A DNA stretch of 64,000 bases from NCBI GenBank assembly GCA_050250415.1, contig JBFWOO010000003.1, positions 222,691-286,690 on the forward strand, written 5' to 3'. The translations under genes were made by a program, and so were the position numbers. Every line of letters starts with the position of its first letter. The first letter of the stretch is position 1. Below the pieces are notes generated by a model, which saw only the letters and a list, made by a program, of their open reading frames with translations, searched no databases and was not told the origin of the DNA. Shown one piece after another: positions 36,708-54,947 of the stretch. This stretch comes from Dehalococcoidia bacterium (lineage in GTDB: Bacteria; Chloroflexota; Dehalococcoidia; UBA2979).

Positions 36708-37688
36708 CTAGCCGACGATTCGCTTCAGGATGTCCAGGCGCTTCTTCGGGTCGCGCTCGGCCACGCTGACCGAGTGCAGCGTGAAGCCGGCCTCGACGCC
36801 CTGGTCGATCGCCTCGGCGCACTCTTCCGGGGAGCCGGACATGTTCAGCTCCTCCACCAGGTCGCGCGGCAGCGCCGCGGCGCCCGCGGCCGAGCCGCCA
36901 TCCGCCCAGGCCCGGCGCACCGCGTTCGCCTCGTCCGCGAAGCCCATGCGCGTGAAGTGCTCGTAGTAGAAGTCGCCCATGCGCGCGATGTAGAACGCGG
37001 CGTTGCTCGCCACCCCCTGCAGCACGCGGTCGCGGTCCTCCGAGACCGTCACCGAGGTGGCGTTGCGGACGTCGACGTCCTCCGGGTCGCGCCCGGCCGC
37101 CTTCACCGCCGCGTAGAACGCGTCCAGCTGCGTCTTCCACTGCGACTTCGGGAAGAAGATCGGGATCCAGCCGTCCGCGATCTCCGCCGTCTGCTGCACC
37201 GACTTCGGCGTCACCGAGGCGATGTGGATCGGGATGTGCGGGCGCGTCGGCTTGAAGCGCAGCGTGAACCCGCGCTGCAGTTTGAAGACGTCGCCGTCAT
37301 AGTTCAGCGGCTCTTCCCGCATCAGCATGTTGATGATGTCCACGTATTCCCGCATCCGCGTGAGCGGCTTCTTGAACGGGATGCCGTGGAAGTGCTCGAT
37401 GACGTTCGGACCGGACGTCCCGAGGCCAATCACCATCCGCCCGCCGGAGAACTCGTCCAGCGTCGCGAAGTGCTGGGCGATCGCCGCCGGGGTGCGGGAG
37501 AAGATGTTGATGATGCTCGTCCCGAGGTGGACGTTGGACGTCTCCCTCGCCAGCACCGTGAGGATGGACAGCGCGTCGCGCCCCCACGCCTCGGCCACCG
37601 TGATCTCGTGGACGCCCGCCTCATCGGCGATCTTCGCCTGCTGGATGATGTCATCCAGGTCGAACTCGCCCTGCCAGTTGATCCCCAT
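36708..37688 (-). CDS. LLM-class F420-dependent oxidoreductase (luciferase-like monooxygenase family)
   Basis: MGINWQGEF... start at 37688. Motifs of the F420-dependent LLM subgroup (…VIGLGTSGPNVIEHFHGIPFKKPLTRMREY…). Confidence 0.8.
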   Translation of the reverse strand: MGINWQGEFDLDDIIQQAKIADEAGVHEITVAEAWGRDALSILTVLARETSNVHLGTSIINIFSRTPAAIAQHFATLDEFSGGRMVIGLGTSGPNVIEHFHGIPFKKPLTRMREYVDIINMLMREEPLNYDGDVFKLQRGFTLRFKPTRPHIPIHIASVTPKSVQQTAEIADGWIPIFFPKSQWKTQLDAFYAAVKAAGRDPEDVDVRNATSVTVSEDRDRVLQGVASNAAFYIARMGDFYYEHFTRMGFADEANAVRRAWADGGSAAGAAALPRDLVEELNMSGSPEECAEAIDQGVEAGFTLHSVSVAERDPKKRLDILKRIVG

Positions 37689-37837
37689 CGTGATCTTGCG
37701 CACGCATCTGTGCCTTCCCTGGGGACACCATGTCGTGCCCCGATGACGCGACGCCATGGCGCGCCGCGCGCGGAGTATAGGCGCAGACATGGAGGGCGCC
37801 CGTCAGGGGAGCGGCGTCACGATCGAGTGAGGCGAGG

Positions 37838-40381
37838 CTAGTCCGGCGCGCCGACCCGTTCGTCGTCGTCCGCGTCCGTGACCGCGACCGCCTCGACGGT
37901 ATCCTCGACCGCTGGCTCGTGCGCCTCGACGTCTGCCGATGCCTCCGGTGTCTCGGAAGCTTCGGTCGCCGCGGCTGGCGCCGACGAGGCCGGAGCCTGA
38001 GCGGTGGTGGGACCGTAGAGGTGAAGCTCCTCGCGGCGGATGCCGGCGGGCACGCCCTGCTGGATGGCGTCGAACTGGTCGACGTCCCATTCGCAGACGA
38101 ACGTGATCGCCTTGCCGTCGCGTCCCGCGCGGCCGGTGCGGCCGATGCGGTGGACGTACTCCTCGAGGTTCTGGGGCACGTCGTAGTTCACGACGTGGGT
38201 GATCTCCGGGATGTCCAGCCCGCGCGCCGCGACGTTCGTCGCGATCACCGCGTCCAGCTTGCCGGAGCGCAGCTCCTGCACCACGCGGTCGCGCTGGCGC
38301 TGGTCCAGGTCGCCGTGCAGCGCACGGACACTCACGCCGTCGCGTTCCAGCTCGCGGGCGAGGTGGTCCACGCTCCGCTTCATGTTGCAGAAGATGAGCG
38401 AGCGCCCCTTGAGCTCGCGCTCGATCAGCTCCCGCATCGCCTTCACCTTGTCGCGCTGGGCGACCTCGAAGTAGATCTGCTCGATCGTGTCGACCGTCGT
38501 CGCCTCGGCGTCCACGCGCACCGTCTCCGGGTCCGTCATGAACTGCCAGATCAGGCGGCGGATCGAGGTGGGCATCGTCGCGCTGAAGAGCGCCGTCTGC
38601 CGACGCTGCGGCGTCCGGCTCAGGATGCGGCGGATGTCCGGCAGGAACCCGATGTCCAGCATCTGGTCGGCCTCGTCGAGGACCGCGTAGCGCACGTGTC
38701 GCAGCGACAGCGTCTGCCGCCGCAGGTGGTCCAGGATGCGCCCCGGCGTGCCGACAGCGATCTGCGGACGGTCGTCCAGCGCGCGGAAGTCCGCCTTCAG
38801 CGACCGGCCTCCGAGCAGTCCGACGGCCTGCAGCCCCCACGGCGCCGCGACCTCGGTCAAGACGTCCAGCACCTGCTGCGCCAGCTCGCGCGTCGGCACC
38901 AGCACGATGCCCTGCACCTCGGGGAGCTCCGGATCGAGCTTCTCCACCATCGGCAGGCTGAACGCGATCGTCTTGCCGGATCCGGTCTGGGCGATGCCCA
39001 CCACGTCCAGGCCGTTGAGCAGCGCCGGGATCGCCTCCACCTGGATCGGCGTCGGCTGGCCGAAGCCGAAGCGCGCCAGCTGCTCCAGGTTCGTGCGGTG
39101 GAGGTTCAGCGCGGCGAAGGCCGCCGGGATCTCCTCGTCGGAGACGGGCGCCAGCTCTCGGCGCACGCGCGAGGTCGTGCGTCGCTCGCGACGCGGGGCG
39201 CGCTCGTGCTCCCCCTCGTCGCTCTCGTCGTCGGCCTCGTCCTCGTCGTACGTGCCCGGCTCGTCTGCCTCGAATTCCCCACCGTCGAGGTCGTCGTCGT
39301 CCGTATCGAGATCGTCGTCGGCGCGAGGGGTGAACTCATCGCCCTCATCGCCGCCGACCGGCGTCCCGGTCTCATCGATGATCACGCCCTCGGTTGGGCG
39401 GCGGCGGCCACGGCCCCCGCGGCGGCCACGACGGCGTCGAGGGCGCTCCTCGGGGTCGGCGGTCTCGCCGTCGTCGCGCTCGTCGCCGCCGGTGCGGGTC
39501 GGTTCCGCCTTCGGCGGCACCACCAGCTCGCGCGCGGCACGCGCCACGTTGCGGTCGGCGGCTTCCTCGCCCGGGTCGGCGGTGTTCGTCTCGACGTCGT
39601 CGTGCTCCGGCTCGTTGCCGTGGCGGACGTCCCGCTTCACCCACGTCCCGATCGAGCGCGCGCCACCGACGAGGGTGCGGGCGGTGTCATGGAAGCCGAC
39701 CGGCTTGCGGCGGCGGGTCGGGAGGATAGAGCTGTCGCCGCCCTCGACGCCGGGGCGGAAGGCCACGTCCTCGGGGAGGGGGGCGTCCAGGTCCGCGCGG
39801 CGGGCGCCGCGCCGGCGACGGTTCGCCTGCCGCGAGCGCTGGTCCGCCTCGTCGGAGTCGACGCGGCGGCCCCAGTTGTAGCTCTCGCGCGTCGCGCGGC
39901 CGTCGGACTTCTCGGAGGAGCGGTTGGAGGAACCACCGTTGCGGGAGCGGGAGCCGCTCCGCGCGTCACCGCCGCGCGAGGTGGTCTTGCGGTCGCCCGG
40001 TTTGCGGTCGGCGGGGTTGCGGTCGGCGGTGGCCGACGCGCCATTGGAGGTATTCGTTCGGGTGCGTCCATTCGAGGATGGGGTCTCGGAGCGAGACGGG
40101 GCCGCCTCCCTGGCGCCCTCCGCCGAAGGCCCATCCTCGCCCCGATTGCGGCCACGGCCACCACGCCGTCCACGGCGTCGCTTCGCGGGTTCGTCGGTGA
40201 TGATGGGGCCTCCGCCGGTGGCGGGGCTGGCGGCGTTGCGCCGGTTCCGAGAGGCGGCGGAGGCGGGCTCGTCGGAAGGGGAGGCAGGCGACGGGTTCTT
40301 CTGGTCGCCCTTGAGCAGGCGGAGGATGCCACGTAGAGGCGTCAACGGGCGCCCCCCGTGGTACTGCGACGTGTCATGCAA
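37838..40381 (-). CDS. DEAD-box ATP-dependent RNA helicase with a ~400-aa N-terminal R/G/D/E-rich disordered region
   Basis: AQTGSGKT, PTRELA, DEAD, SAT, HRIGRTGRAG in the C-terminal half. N-terminal half is low-complexity (RRRGRRGGRGR..., acidic DEDEADDESDE). Track start is TTG at 40381, so the start is uncertain. Confidence 0.8.
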   Translation of the reverse strand: MHDTSQYHGGRPLTPLRGILRLLKGDQKNPSPASPSDEPASAASRNRRNAASPATGGGPIITDEPAKRRRGRRGGRGRNRGEDGPSAEGAREAAPSRSETPSSNGRTRTNTSNGASATADRNPADRKPGDRKTTSRGGDARSGSRSRNGGSSNRSSEKSDGRATRESYNWGRRVDSDEADQRSRQANRRRRGARRADLDAPLPEDVAFRPGVEGGDSSILPTRRRKPVGFHDTARTLVGGARSIGTWVKRDVRHGNEPEHDDVETNTADPGEEAADRNVARAARELVVPPKAEPTRTGGDERDDGETADPEERPRRRRGRRGGRGRRRPTEGVIIDETGTPVGGDEGDEFTPRADDDLDTDDDDLDGGEFEADEPGTYDEDEADDESDEGEHERAPRRERRTTSRVRRELAPVSDEEIPAAFAALNLHRTNLEQLARFGFGQPTPIQVEAIPALLNGLDVVGIAQTGSGKTIAFSLPMVEKLDPELPEVQGIVLVPTRELAQQVLDVLTEVAAPWGLQAVGLLGGRSLKADFRALDDRPQIAVGTPGRILDHLRRQTLSLRHVRYAVLDEADQMLDIGFLPDIRRILSRTPQRRQTALFSATMPTSIRRLIWQFMTDPETVRVDAEATTVDTIEQIYFEVAQRDKVKAMRELIERELKGRSLIFCNMKRSVDHLARELERDGVSVRALHGDLDQRQRDRVVQELRSGKLDAVIATNVAARGLDIPEITHVVNYDVPQNLEEYVHRIGRTGRAGRDGKAITFVCEWDVDQFDAIQQGVPAGIRREELHLYGPTTAQAPASSAPAAATEASETPEASADVEAHEPAVEDTVEAVAVTDADDDERVGAPD

Positions 40382-40566
40382 GCGTCCTGGTGAGGGTCGT
40401 GTCCGCGCCAGTCAAGTCGCGGCGGTTGAGGTTCATTGCGTTCATTCTAACGCGACGTAACTCACAACGCGAATGAGGGGGCGAATCAGGGGGCGAGTGA
40501 GGGACGGGTGAGGGACGGGTGAGGAGGCGTCCACCGCCCTCCGGCCGCTCTGGAGGGTGCGGCGTG

Positions 40567-41436
<870 letters not shown>

Positions 41437-41491
41437 CGGGCGAATCGTACGAGGGTGCGAGGCTATGCGCCGCGCGCGGCGGGTTCAGCCG

Positions 41492-42652
41492 CTAGGCGTA
41501 CGAGAGGTTCCGGTCGATCAGCGCGCGGGCGATGATCGTGCGCTGAATCTCGCTCGTCCCCTCCACGATCATCAGCTGCCGCGCGTCGCGGTAGTGCCGC
41601 TCCAGGGGGTGGTCCTCCATGTACCCCTGGCCGCCGAGGATCTGCAGCGCCTCCGAGGCCACTCGGTTCGCCATCTCCGTCGCGAACGCCTTGGCCACCG
41701 ACAGCATGTGGCCGTCGTTCGGGCCGTACTTCCCCTGCTCCACCAGCCAGCAGCCCTGGTAGACCAGCAGCCGGGCCGCCTCGATCTCGATCGCCATGTT
41801 CGCGAGCTTGAACTGGATCGCCTGGAGGTCCGTCAGCGGCCCGCCGAAGGCGCGCCGTTCCCGCGCGTAGTTGAGCGCGTACTCGGTCGCCCCTTCCGCC
41901 AGTCCCACGCCGCGCGCCCCGACGCATGGCCGGAGCGAGTTCAGGGTCGCGAGCGGGCCCCGCATCCCGAGCGGCTCGCCGCCCACCATCGCGTCGTGCG
42001 GCACCCGCACCCGGTCGAACGAGAGGACGCCCGTCGGCAGGCCGCGGACCCCCATCTTCCGGTCCACCGAGGTCACTTCGAAGCCTGGCGCCGTCGTGTC
42101 CACGACGAACGCCGCGATCGAGCGGGGGTTCGCCGGATCGGTCTTGGCGAAGACGATCACCTGGTCCGCCACCGGCCCGCCGGAGATGTACTGCTTCTGC
42201 GCCGTGATCACCCACTCGTCGCCGTCGCGCTCCGCCCGCGCCTGCATCGCCGCCACGTCCGAGCCGGCGTCCGGTTCCGTGAGGCAGAACGCGGCCTTCC
42301 GCTCCCCGCGCGCCACCGGGCCCACGAAGCGCTCCACCTGGTCGGGCGTGCCGAAGAACTTGATCGTGTGCGTCGCCAGCGCGCCCAGCATGACCATCAA
42401 GCCCGCCGAGCAGTCGTACTTCGCGACCTCCTCGATCGCGAGGCCCATCGCCAGCGTCCCGGCGTCCGCGCCGCCCACCTCGCGCGGGAGCGTGATGCCG
42501 AGGAGATCGGCCTGCTTCAGCGCCTGGAAGTAGTCCTCCGGGTACTGCGCGGTGCGGTCCACCTCGGCGGCGCGGGGCGCGATCACCTCGCGCGCGACGC
42601 GGCGCGCCGAGTCGCGGATCAGGGTGTGTTCCTCGGAGAGGGCGAACTGCAT
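41492..42652 (-). CDS. Acyl-CoA dehydrogenase
   Basis: MQFALSEEHTLIRDSAR... start at 42652 with GGAGG 7 nt upstream. ...CLTEPDAGSD..., ...GGQGYMEDHPLERHYRDARQLMIVEGTSEIQ... Confidence 0.85.
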   Translation of the reverse strand: MQFALSEEHTLIRDSARRVAREVIAPRAAEVDRTAQYPEDYFQALKQADLLGITLPREVGGADAGTLAMGLAIEEVAKYDCSAGLMVMLGALATHTIKFFGTPDQVERFVGPVARGERKAAFCLTEPDAGSDVAAMQARAERDGDEWVITAQKQYISGGPVADQVIVFAKTDPANPRSIAAFVVDTTAPGFEVTSVDRKMGVRGLPTGVLSFDRVRVPHDAMVGGEPLGMRGPLATLNSLRPCVGARGVGLAEGATEYALNYARERRAFGGPLTDLQAIQFKLANMAIEIEAARLLVYQGCWLVEQGKYGPNDGHMLSVAKAFATEMANRVASEALQILGGQGYMEDHPLERHYRDARQLMIVEGTSEIQRTIIARALIDRNLSYA

Positions 42653-42836
42653 GGGGCCTCCAGCGGGCACTCGTTCGGGGCGTCCCCACTTCAAAGAAGA
42701 GGAAACCAACCACCGTGGGGTGTGGCTCGGCCCAGACTAGTCGAGGACGCACCTCGCCGCCGCCGGCCGGACGAGGCCGCGCTCGGAGCGTCGCTGGCGG
42801 ACGAACCTCCCTGAACCTCCGCTCACCAAATATGCG

Positions 42837-42894
42837 TTGACTCGCCCTTTTTCGCGCACTACCGTTGGTAATCTGCCCTTTCGGGGGGTAGACT
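42837..42894 (+). promoter_or_regulatory. Two overlapping candidate promoters upstream of a ~270-nt rpoB leader
   Basis: TTGACT (42837-42842) - 17 nt - TACCGT (42860-42865), and TTGGTA (42865-42870) - 18 nt - TAGACT (42889-42894). Both -10 elements fit the TANNNT pattern. Confidence 0.3.
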
Positions 42895-43148
42895 GACGAT
42901 TGCGTGGGGCGCTGTCAGAACAACGGTAACGAGGCGTAACGAGTCCCGACGGCAGAGAGCCGGTTCGGGACTTCGGTGTGTCCACCGCCTCCAGGGTCGA
43001 AACCCCAATCGACGCTGCACCATCTGACTGGCCGTGGGGGAATACCCCGGAGCGAACCTCACGCACAGGACGCGAAACGGAGCACCTCCGAGCGCATCCC
43101 ACCTCCCACGCGGGGCATGCGCCGGAATAGGGCAAGGGGAGCACCTGT

Positions 43149-51242
<8,094 letters not shown>

Positions 51243-51267
51243 CACCCGGCCCGTCGAGGAACCTCAC

Positions 51268-51302
51268 GAGAGGCCCGGGCATCGCCCGGGCCTCTCTGTG
51301 TT
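51268..51302 (+). terminator. Putative rpoC terminator hairpin
   Basis: Perfect 12-bp stem GAGAGGCCCGGG / CCCGGGCCTCTC with a 5-nt loop (51268-51296), then a weak U-rich run TGTGTT. Confidence 0.45.
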
Positions 51303-51354
51303 CACCCGCCAGGTGTTCACGGCCAGGTGTTCACCGGCCGGGTGCTCAACGGCC
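51297..51354. repeat. Four direct repeats with 14-15-bp period containing GTGTTCAC / GTGCTCAAC
   Basis: TGTGTTCACCCGCC / AGGTGTTCACGGCC / AGGTGTTCACCGGCC / GGGTGCTCAACGGCC, between the rpoC terminator and the arsR promoter. Confidence 0.7.
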
Positions 51355-51398
51355 AGAGCCCCGGTCGGCGTGGACGGGGGCGTGCTGTCACACTGCCA

Positions 51399-51427
51399 TT
51401 GACAAGCTCCGCGCTTGCGAATAAAAC
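51399..51427 (+). promoter_or_regulatory. Strong sigma70-type promoter (TTGACA-17-TAAAAC) driving a near-leaderless ArsR-family gene
   Basis: TTGACA at 51399-51404, 17-nt spacer, TAAAAC at 51422-51427. ATG at 51436, so the predicted transcript start is within ~2 nt of the start codon. Confidence 0.5.
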
Positions 51428-51435
51428 TTAACTCG

Positions 51436-51786
51436 ATGGTTCAGTATGCCACCGACATCGATCGCACCCTCCAGGCCGTCGCGGACCCCGCCCGGCGGGA
51501 GATCCTGGAACGTCTCGCACGAGGGCCGGCGTCGGTCTCGGAGCTGGCGGGACCGCTCGAGATGTCGCTGCCCGGCGTGATGAAGCACGTCCGGATCCTC
51601 GAAGGGGTGGGGCTCGTGGAGACGCACAAGCGGGGACGCACCCGCGAATGCCGCCTCGGCCCGGCACGCCTGGAGAACGTCCAGCGCTGGATCGAGGACT
51701 ACCGGCGGCAGTGGGAACGCCGCCTCGACCGGCTTGAGGTCTTCCTCCGCAATCAGCAGGAGGCCGCCCGGGACACGACCGACTGA
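51436..51786 (+). CDS. ArsR/SmtB-family transcriptional regulator
   Basis: ...LQAVADPARREILERLARGPASVSELAGPLEMSLPGVMKHVRILEGVGLV..., typical ArsR HTH. Confidence 0.8.
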   Translation: MVQYATDIDRTLQAVADPARREILERLARGPASVSELAGPLEMSLPGVMKHVRILEGVGLVETHKRGRTRECRLGPARLENVQRWIEDYRRQWERRLDRLEVFLRNQQEAARDTTD

Positions 51787-51791
51787 ACACC

Positions 51792-52322
51792 ATGACGATT
51801 CCAGCCGAGGCACGCGCCGCTCACATCGCGTACGAGGCTGCTCGGTTCGGGGGAGAAATGACGCAGGAAGCACACCACCAGCTCCCGTTCGAGGCGCGCG
51901 TCGAGCGCCTCGTCGACGCGCCCGCCGAGGCCGTCTTCGACGCATTCACCAGCCGCGAGGCGCACCTCCAGTGGTTCGTCGATCCCGACGCGGTCGTCGA
52001 GTCGCTCACCCTAGACGCTCGCGTCGGGGGACGCTGGGACTGCGCCTTCGACCACGAAGGGGAACGCTACGCGTGGGAGGGCGTCTTCACGGAGGTGGAG
52101 CGCCCCACGCGGCTGGTCATCGAGATCGTGAACCTCTGGCCCGGCGGCGAGCGGTTCCCGTCCCGGATGACCGTGACCTGCGAGGAGCGCGGCTCGCGGA
52201 CGCTCCTCACCATCAGCGAGATGAACATCGACGAGCGCCACCGCGACGAGGCTCTGAGTGGCATCCCCGGACTGGCCGACATCGTCCAGCGCATCGCGGA
52301 ACAGGAAACGGCGGACCGATGA
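51792..52322 (+). CDS. SRPBCC-family (Aha1/AHSA1-like, polyketide cyclase fold) protein
   Basis: ...VERLVDAPAEAVFDAFTSREAHLQWF...GGRWDCAF...; the usual partner of ArsR regulators. Stop overlaps the next gene (ATGA). Confidence 0.7.
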   Translation: MTIPAEARAAHIAYEAARFGGEMTQEAHHQLPFEARVERLVDAPAEAVFDAFTSREAHLQWFVDPDAVVESLTLDARVGGRWDCAFDHEGERYAWEGVFTEVERPTRLVIEIVNLWPGGERFPSRMTVTCEERGSRTLLTISEMNIDERHRDEALSGIPGLADIVQRIAEQETADR

Positions 52323-53929
52323 ACACGCTCCCCGAGCAGGTCGACGCGACCGGGCTCGCCACCCGCAAGGAATGGATCGGCCTCGCCGTCCTCGCCCTCG
52401 CCTGCATGCTCTACTCAATGGACCTCACGGTGCTGCACCTCGCGGTGCCGCACCTGAGCGCCGATCTGCAGCCCAGCAGCACGGAGCTGCTGTGGATCGT
52501 CGACATCTACGGCTTCATGATCGCCGGCTCGCTCATCACGATGGGCGCACTCGGCGACCGCATCGGGCGGCGCAAGCTGCTCCTCATCGGCGCCACCGCG
52601 TTCGGGGCCACGTCGGTGCTCGCCGCCTTCGCGACCACCCCGGAGATGCTCATCGCGTCCAGGGCGCTCCTCGGCGTCGCCGGGGCGACGCTGGCGCCTT
52701 CGACGCTGTCGCTCATCAGCAACATGTTCCCGGACGCCGGCCAGCGCACCCGTGCGATCGGCGTGTGGATGTCCTCGTTCGCCCTGGGCGGCGCGATCGG
52801 CCCGCTCGTCGGCGGGGTGCTGCTTGAGCATTTCTGGTGGGGCTCGGTCTTCCTCATCGCCGTCCCCGTCATGGCCGGGCTGCTCGTCCTCGGCCCCATC
52901 CTCCTGCCCGAGTTCAGGGATCCCGAGGCTGGCCGGATCGACCCGTGGAGCAGCGTCCTCTCGCTCGGGACCATCCTGCCCGTCGTCTACGGCCTCAAGC
53001 AGCTCGCCTCGCACGGGCTCGAGGCCAACGCGGTCGCCGCCGTCCTCCTGGGGCTGGTCGTCGGCGCGGTGTTCGTGCGGCGACAGCTCACGCTCACCGA
53101 TCCGATGATCGACCTCGGCCTGTTCCGCATTCCGACATTCAGCGCGTCGCTCGGCGCGTACCTGGTCAGCGGCGTCGTGTTCTTCGGGGTGTTCCTCTTC
53201 GCGGCGCAATATCTGCAACTCGTACTCGGGCTCTCGCCGCTGGCGGCCGGAGCGTGGTCCATCCCGCCCACGATCATCTTCATGTTCGTCTCGATGGTGC
53301 TCACGCCCACGATCACCCGGACCTTCCGCCCCGCGCTGGTGATGAGCGTCGGCCTGATGTTCGCCGTCGTCGGGTTCGCGATCATCACGCGCATCGGCAC
53401 GGACTCACTGGCCCTCGTCGTCGTCGGACAGTCGGTGATGATGGTTGGCATCGCCCCGGCGTTCACCCTGCTCACCGCGTTCGTGATCGGGAGCGCACCG
53501 CCGGAGCGCGCCGGTGCCGCCTCTGCAATCTCGGAGACCGGCGCCGAGCTGGGCGGAGCCCTCGGGATCGCCGTCCTCGGGAGCCTCGGCACCGCGATCT
53601 ACCGCTCCGAGGTGGAGGCGAGCCTCCCCGCCGGCATCCCCGCCGAGTCCGCCGACGCCGCCCGCGACACGCTCGGCGCCGCGATCGCCTCGGCGGCGAC
53701 GTTGCCCGACGGCCTCAGCGCGTCGCTCACGCGGGTCGCGAACGACGCCTTTCTCCAGGGCTTCCACGCCGTGGCGATCTTCAGCGCGGTGATCCTCTTC
53801 GCCGTCGCGGTCCTGGTCGGCTTCGTGCTGCGCGACGTCGAGGTCGACGGAAGCGGTGGCCACGCGGCGGACGGCGACGTCGGCCCGCAGCCCCTCGACG
53901 AGGTCGTCGCCGCGAGCGAGCCGGCGTAA
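52319..53929 (+). CDS. MFS transporter, DHA2-like (14-TM drug:H+ antiporter family)
   Basis: ...LDLTVLHLAVPHLSADL..., GALGDRIGRRK, 14 hydrophobic segments. ATG 52319 overlaps the upstream stop. Confidence 0.85.
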   Translation: MNTLPEQVDATGLATRKEWIGLAVLALACMLYSMDLTVLHLAVPHLSADLQPSSTELLWIVDIYGFMIAGSLITMGALGDRIGRRKLLLIGATAFGATSVLAAFATTPEMLIASRALLGVAGATLAPSTLSLISNMFPDAGQRTRAIGVWMSSFALGGAIGPLVGGVLLEHFWWGSVFLIAVPVMAGLLVLGPILLPEFRDPEAGRIDPWSSVLSLGTILPVVYGLKQLASHGLEANAVAAVLLGLVVGAVFVRRQLTLTDPMIDLGLFRIPTFSASLGAYLVSGVVFFGVFLFAAQYLQLVLGLSPLAAGAWSIPPTIIFMFVSMVLTPTITRTFRPALVMSVGLMFAVVGFAIITRIGTDSLALVVVGQSVMMVGIAPAFTLLTAFVIGSAPPERAGAASAISETGAELGGALGIAVLGSLGTAIYRSEVEASLPAGIPAESADAARDTLGAAIASAATLPDGLSASLTRVANDAFLQGFHAVAIFSAVILFAVAVLVGFVLRDVEVDGSGGHAADGDVGPQPLDEVVAASEPA

Positions 53930-54017
53930 CGCCCCCTCACGCCGCGTCCGGGCGCGTGTCGTCCGGACGCGGCATTCGGTGTCGCGTCCCGGTACCCTTG
54001 TGGGCAGGAGCCCCACC

Positions 54018-54947
54018 GTGACACCGATCATCCAGGCCAGAGCGCTGACCCGGCGCTACGGCGACTTCTTCGCCGTCGCCGGCATCGACTTCGACGTCGC
54101 CGAGGGCGAGTTCTTCGGGCTGCTCGGGCCGAACGGCGCGGGCAAGACGTCCACGATCAAGATGATCGCCTGCGTGCAGGACGTCACCTCCGGCCTGCTG
54201 GAGGTCGCCGGCCTCGATGTCCGCACCAACGACCGCGCGGTGAAGTCGCTCGTCGGCGTCGTGCCGCAGGACGACAACCTGGACCAGGACCTGACCGTCC
54301 GCCAGAACCTCGAGGTCTACGCCCGCTACTTCGGCATCCCGAAGCGCGCCGCATCGCAGCGCATCGACGAAGGCCTCGCCCTGATGCAGCTGGAGGACAA
54401 GGCGGCCGAGCCGATCCACGCGCTCTCCGGCGGCATGAAGCGCCGCCTCGTGATCGCCCGTGCGCTCGTGAACGAGCCGCGCCTCCTCATCCTCGACGAG
54501 CCGACGACCGGCCTCGATCCGCAGGCGCGCCATCTCGTCTGGCGAAAGCTGCGCCTGCTCCGCGAGCGTGGCACCACCATCCTGCTCACCACCCACTACA
54601 TGGACGAGGCCGAGCAGCTCTGCGACCGCCTCATCATCATGGACAACGGCAAGGCGCTCTCCGAGGGACGCCCGCGCGACCTCATCCGCGAGCACGCCGG
54701 CCGCGAGGTGCTCGAGCTGCACCTGCCGCCCGAGGAGACCGCCCGCGTCGTCGCGCGTCTGGCGCCCATGCTCGGAGAGTCTGGGCGCATCGAGCAGGTT
54801 GAGGACGTCGCGTACGCCTACGGCGTGGACGAGTCGCACTACCGGCTCGTCGAGGAGATCGCCTCGGACCCCTACCGGGTGATCTTCCGCCGCGCGAACC
54901 TGGAGGATGTCTTCCTCACGCTGACCGGGAGGGGACTCGTCGAATGA
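54018..54947 (+). CDS. ABC transporter ATP-binding protein (ABC-2/DrrA-like exporter type)
   Basis: GTG start with GGCAGGAG RBS. Intact Walker A GPNGAGKTS, Q-loop, LSGGMKRR signature, Walker B LLILDEPTTGLD, H-loop TTHYMDE. Confidence 0.85.
   Translation: MTPIIQARALTRRYGDFFAVAGIDFDVAEGEFFGLLGPNGAGKTSTIKMIACVQDVTSGLLEVAGLDVRTNDRAVKSLVGVVPQDDNLDQDLTVRQNLEVYARYFGIPKRAASQRIDEGLALMQLEDKAAEPIHALSGGMKRRLVIARALVNEPRLLILDEPTTGLDPQARHLVWRKLRLLRERGTTILLTTHYMDEAEQLCDRLIIMDNGKALSEGRPRDLIREHAGREVLELHLPPEETARVVARLAPMLGESGRIEQVEDVAYAYGVDESHYRLVEEIASDPYRVIFRRANLEDVFLTLTGRGLVE

Noticed and set aside
35620-37140. 506-aa ORF
   Set aside because: The N-terminal ~195 aa are R/G-rich read-through across a terminator and intergenic region, antisense to the LLM gene. 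The SnoaL-like gene starts at 36549 or 36495.
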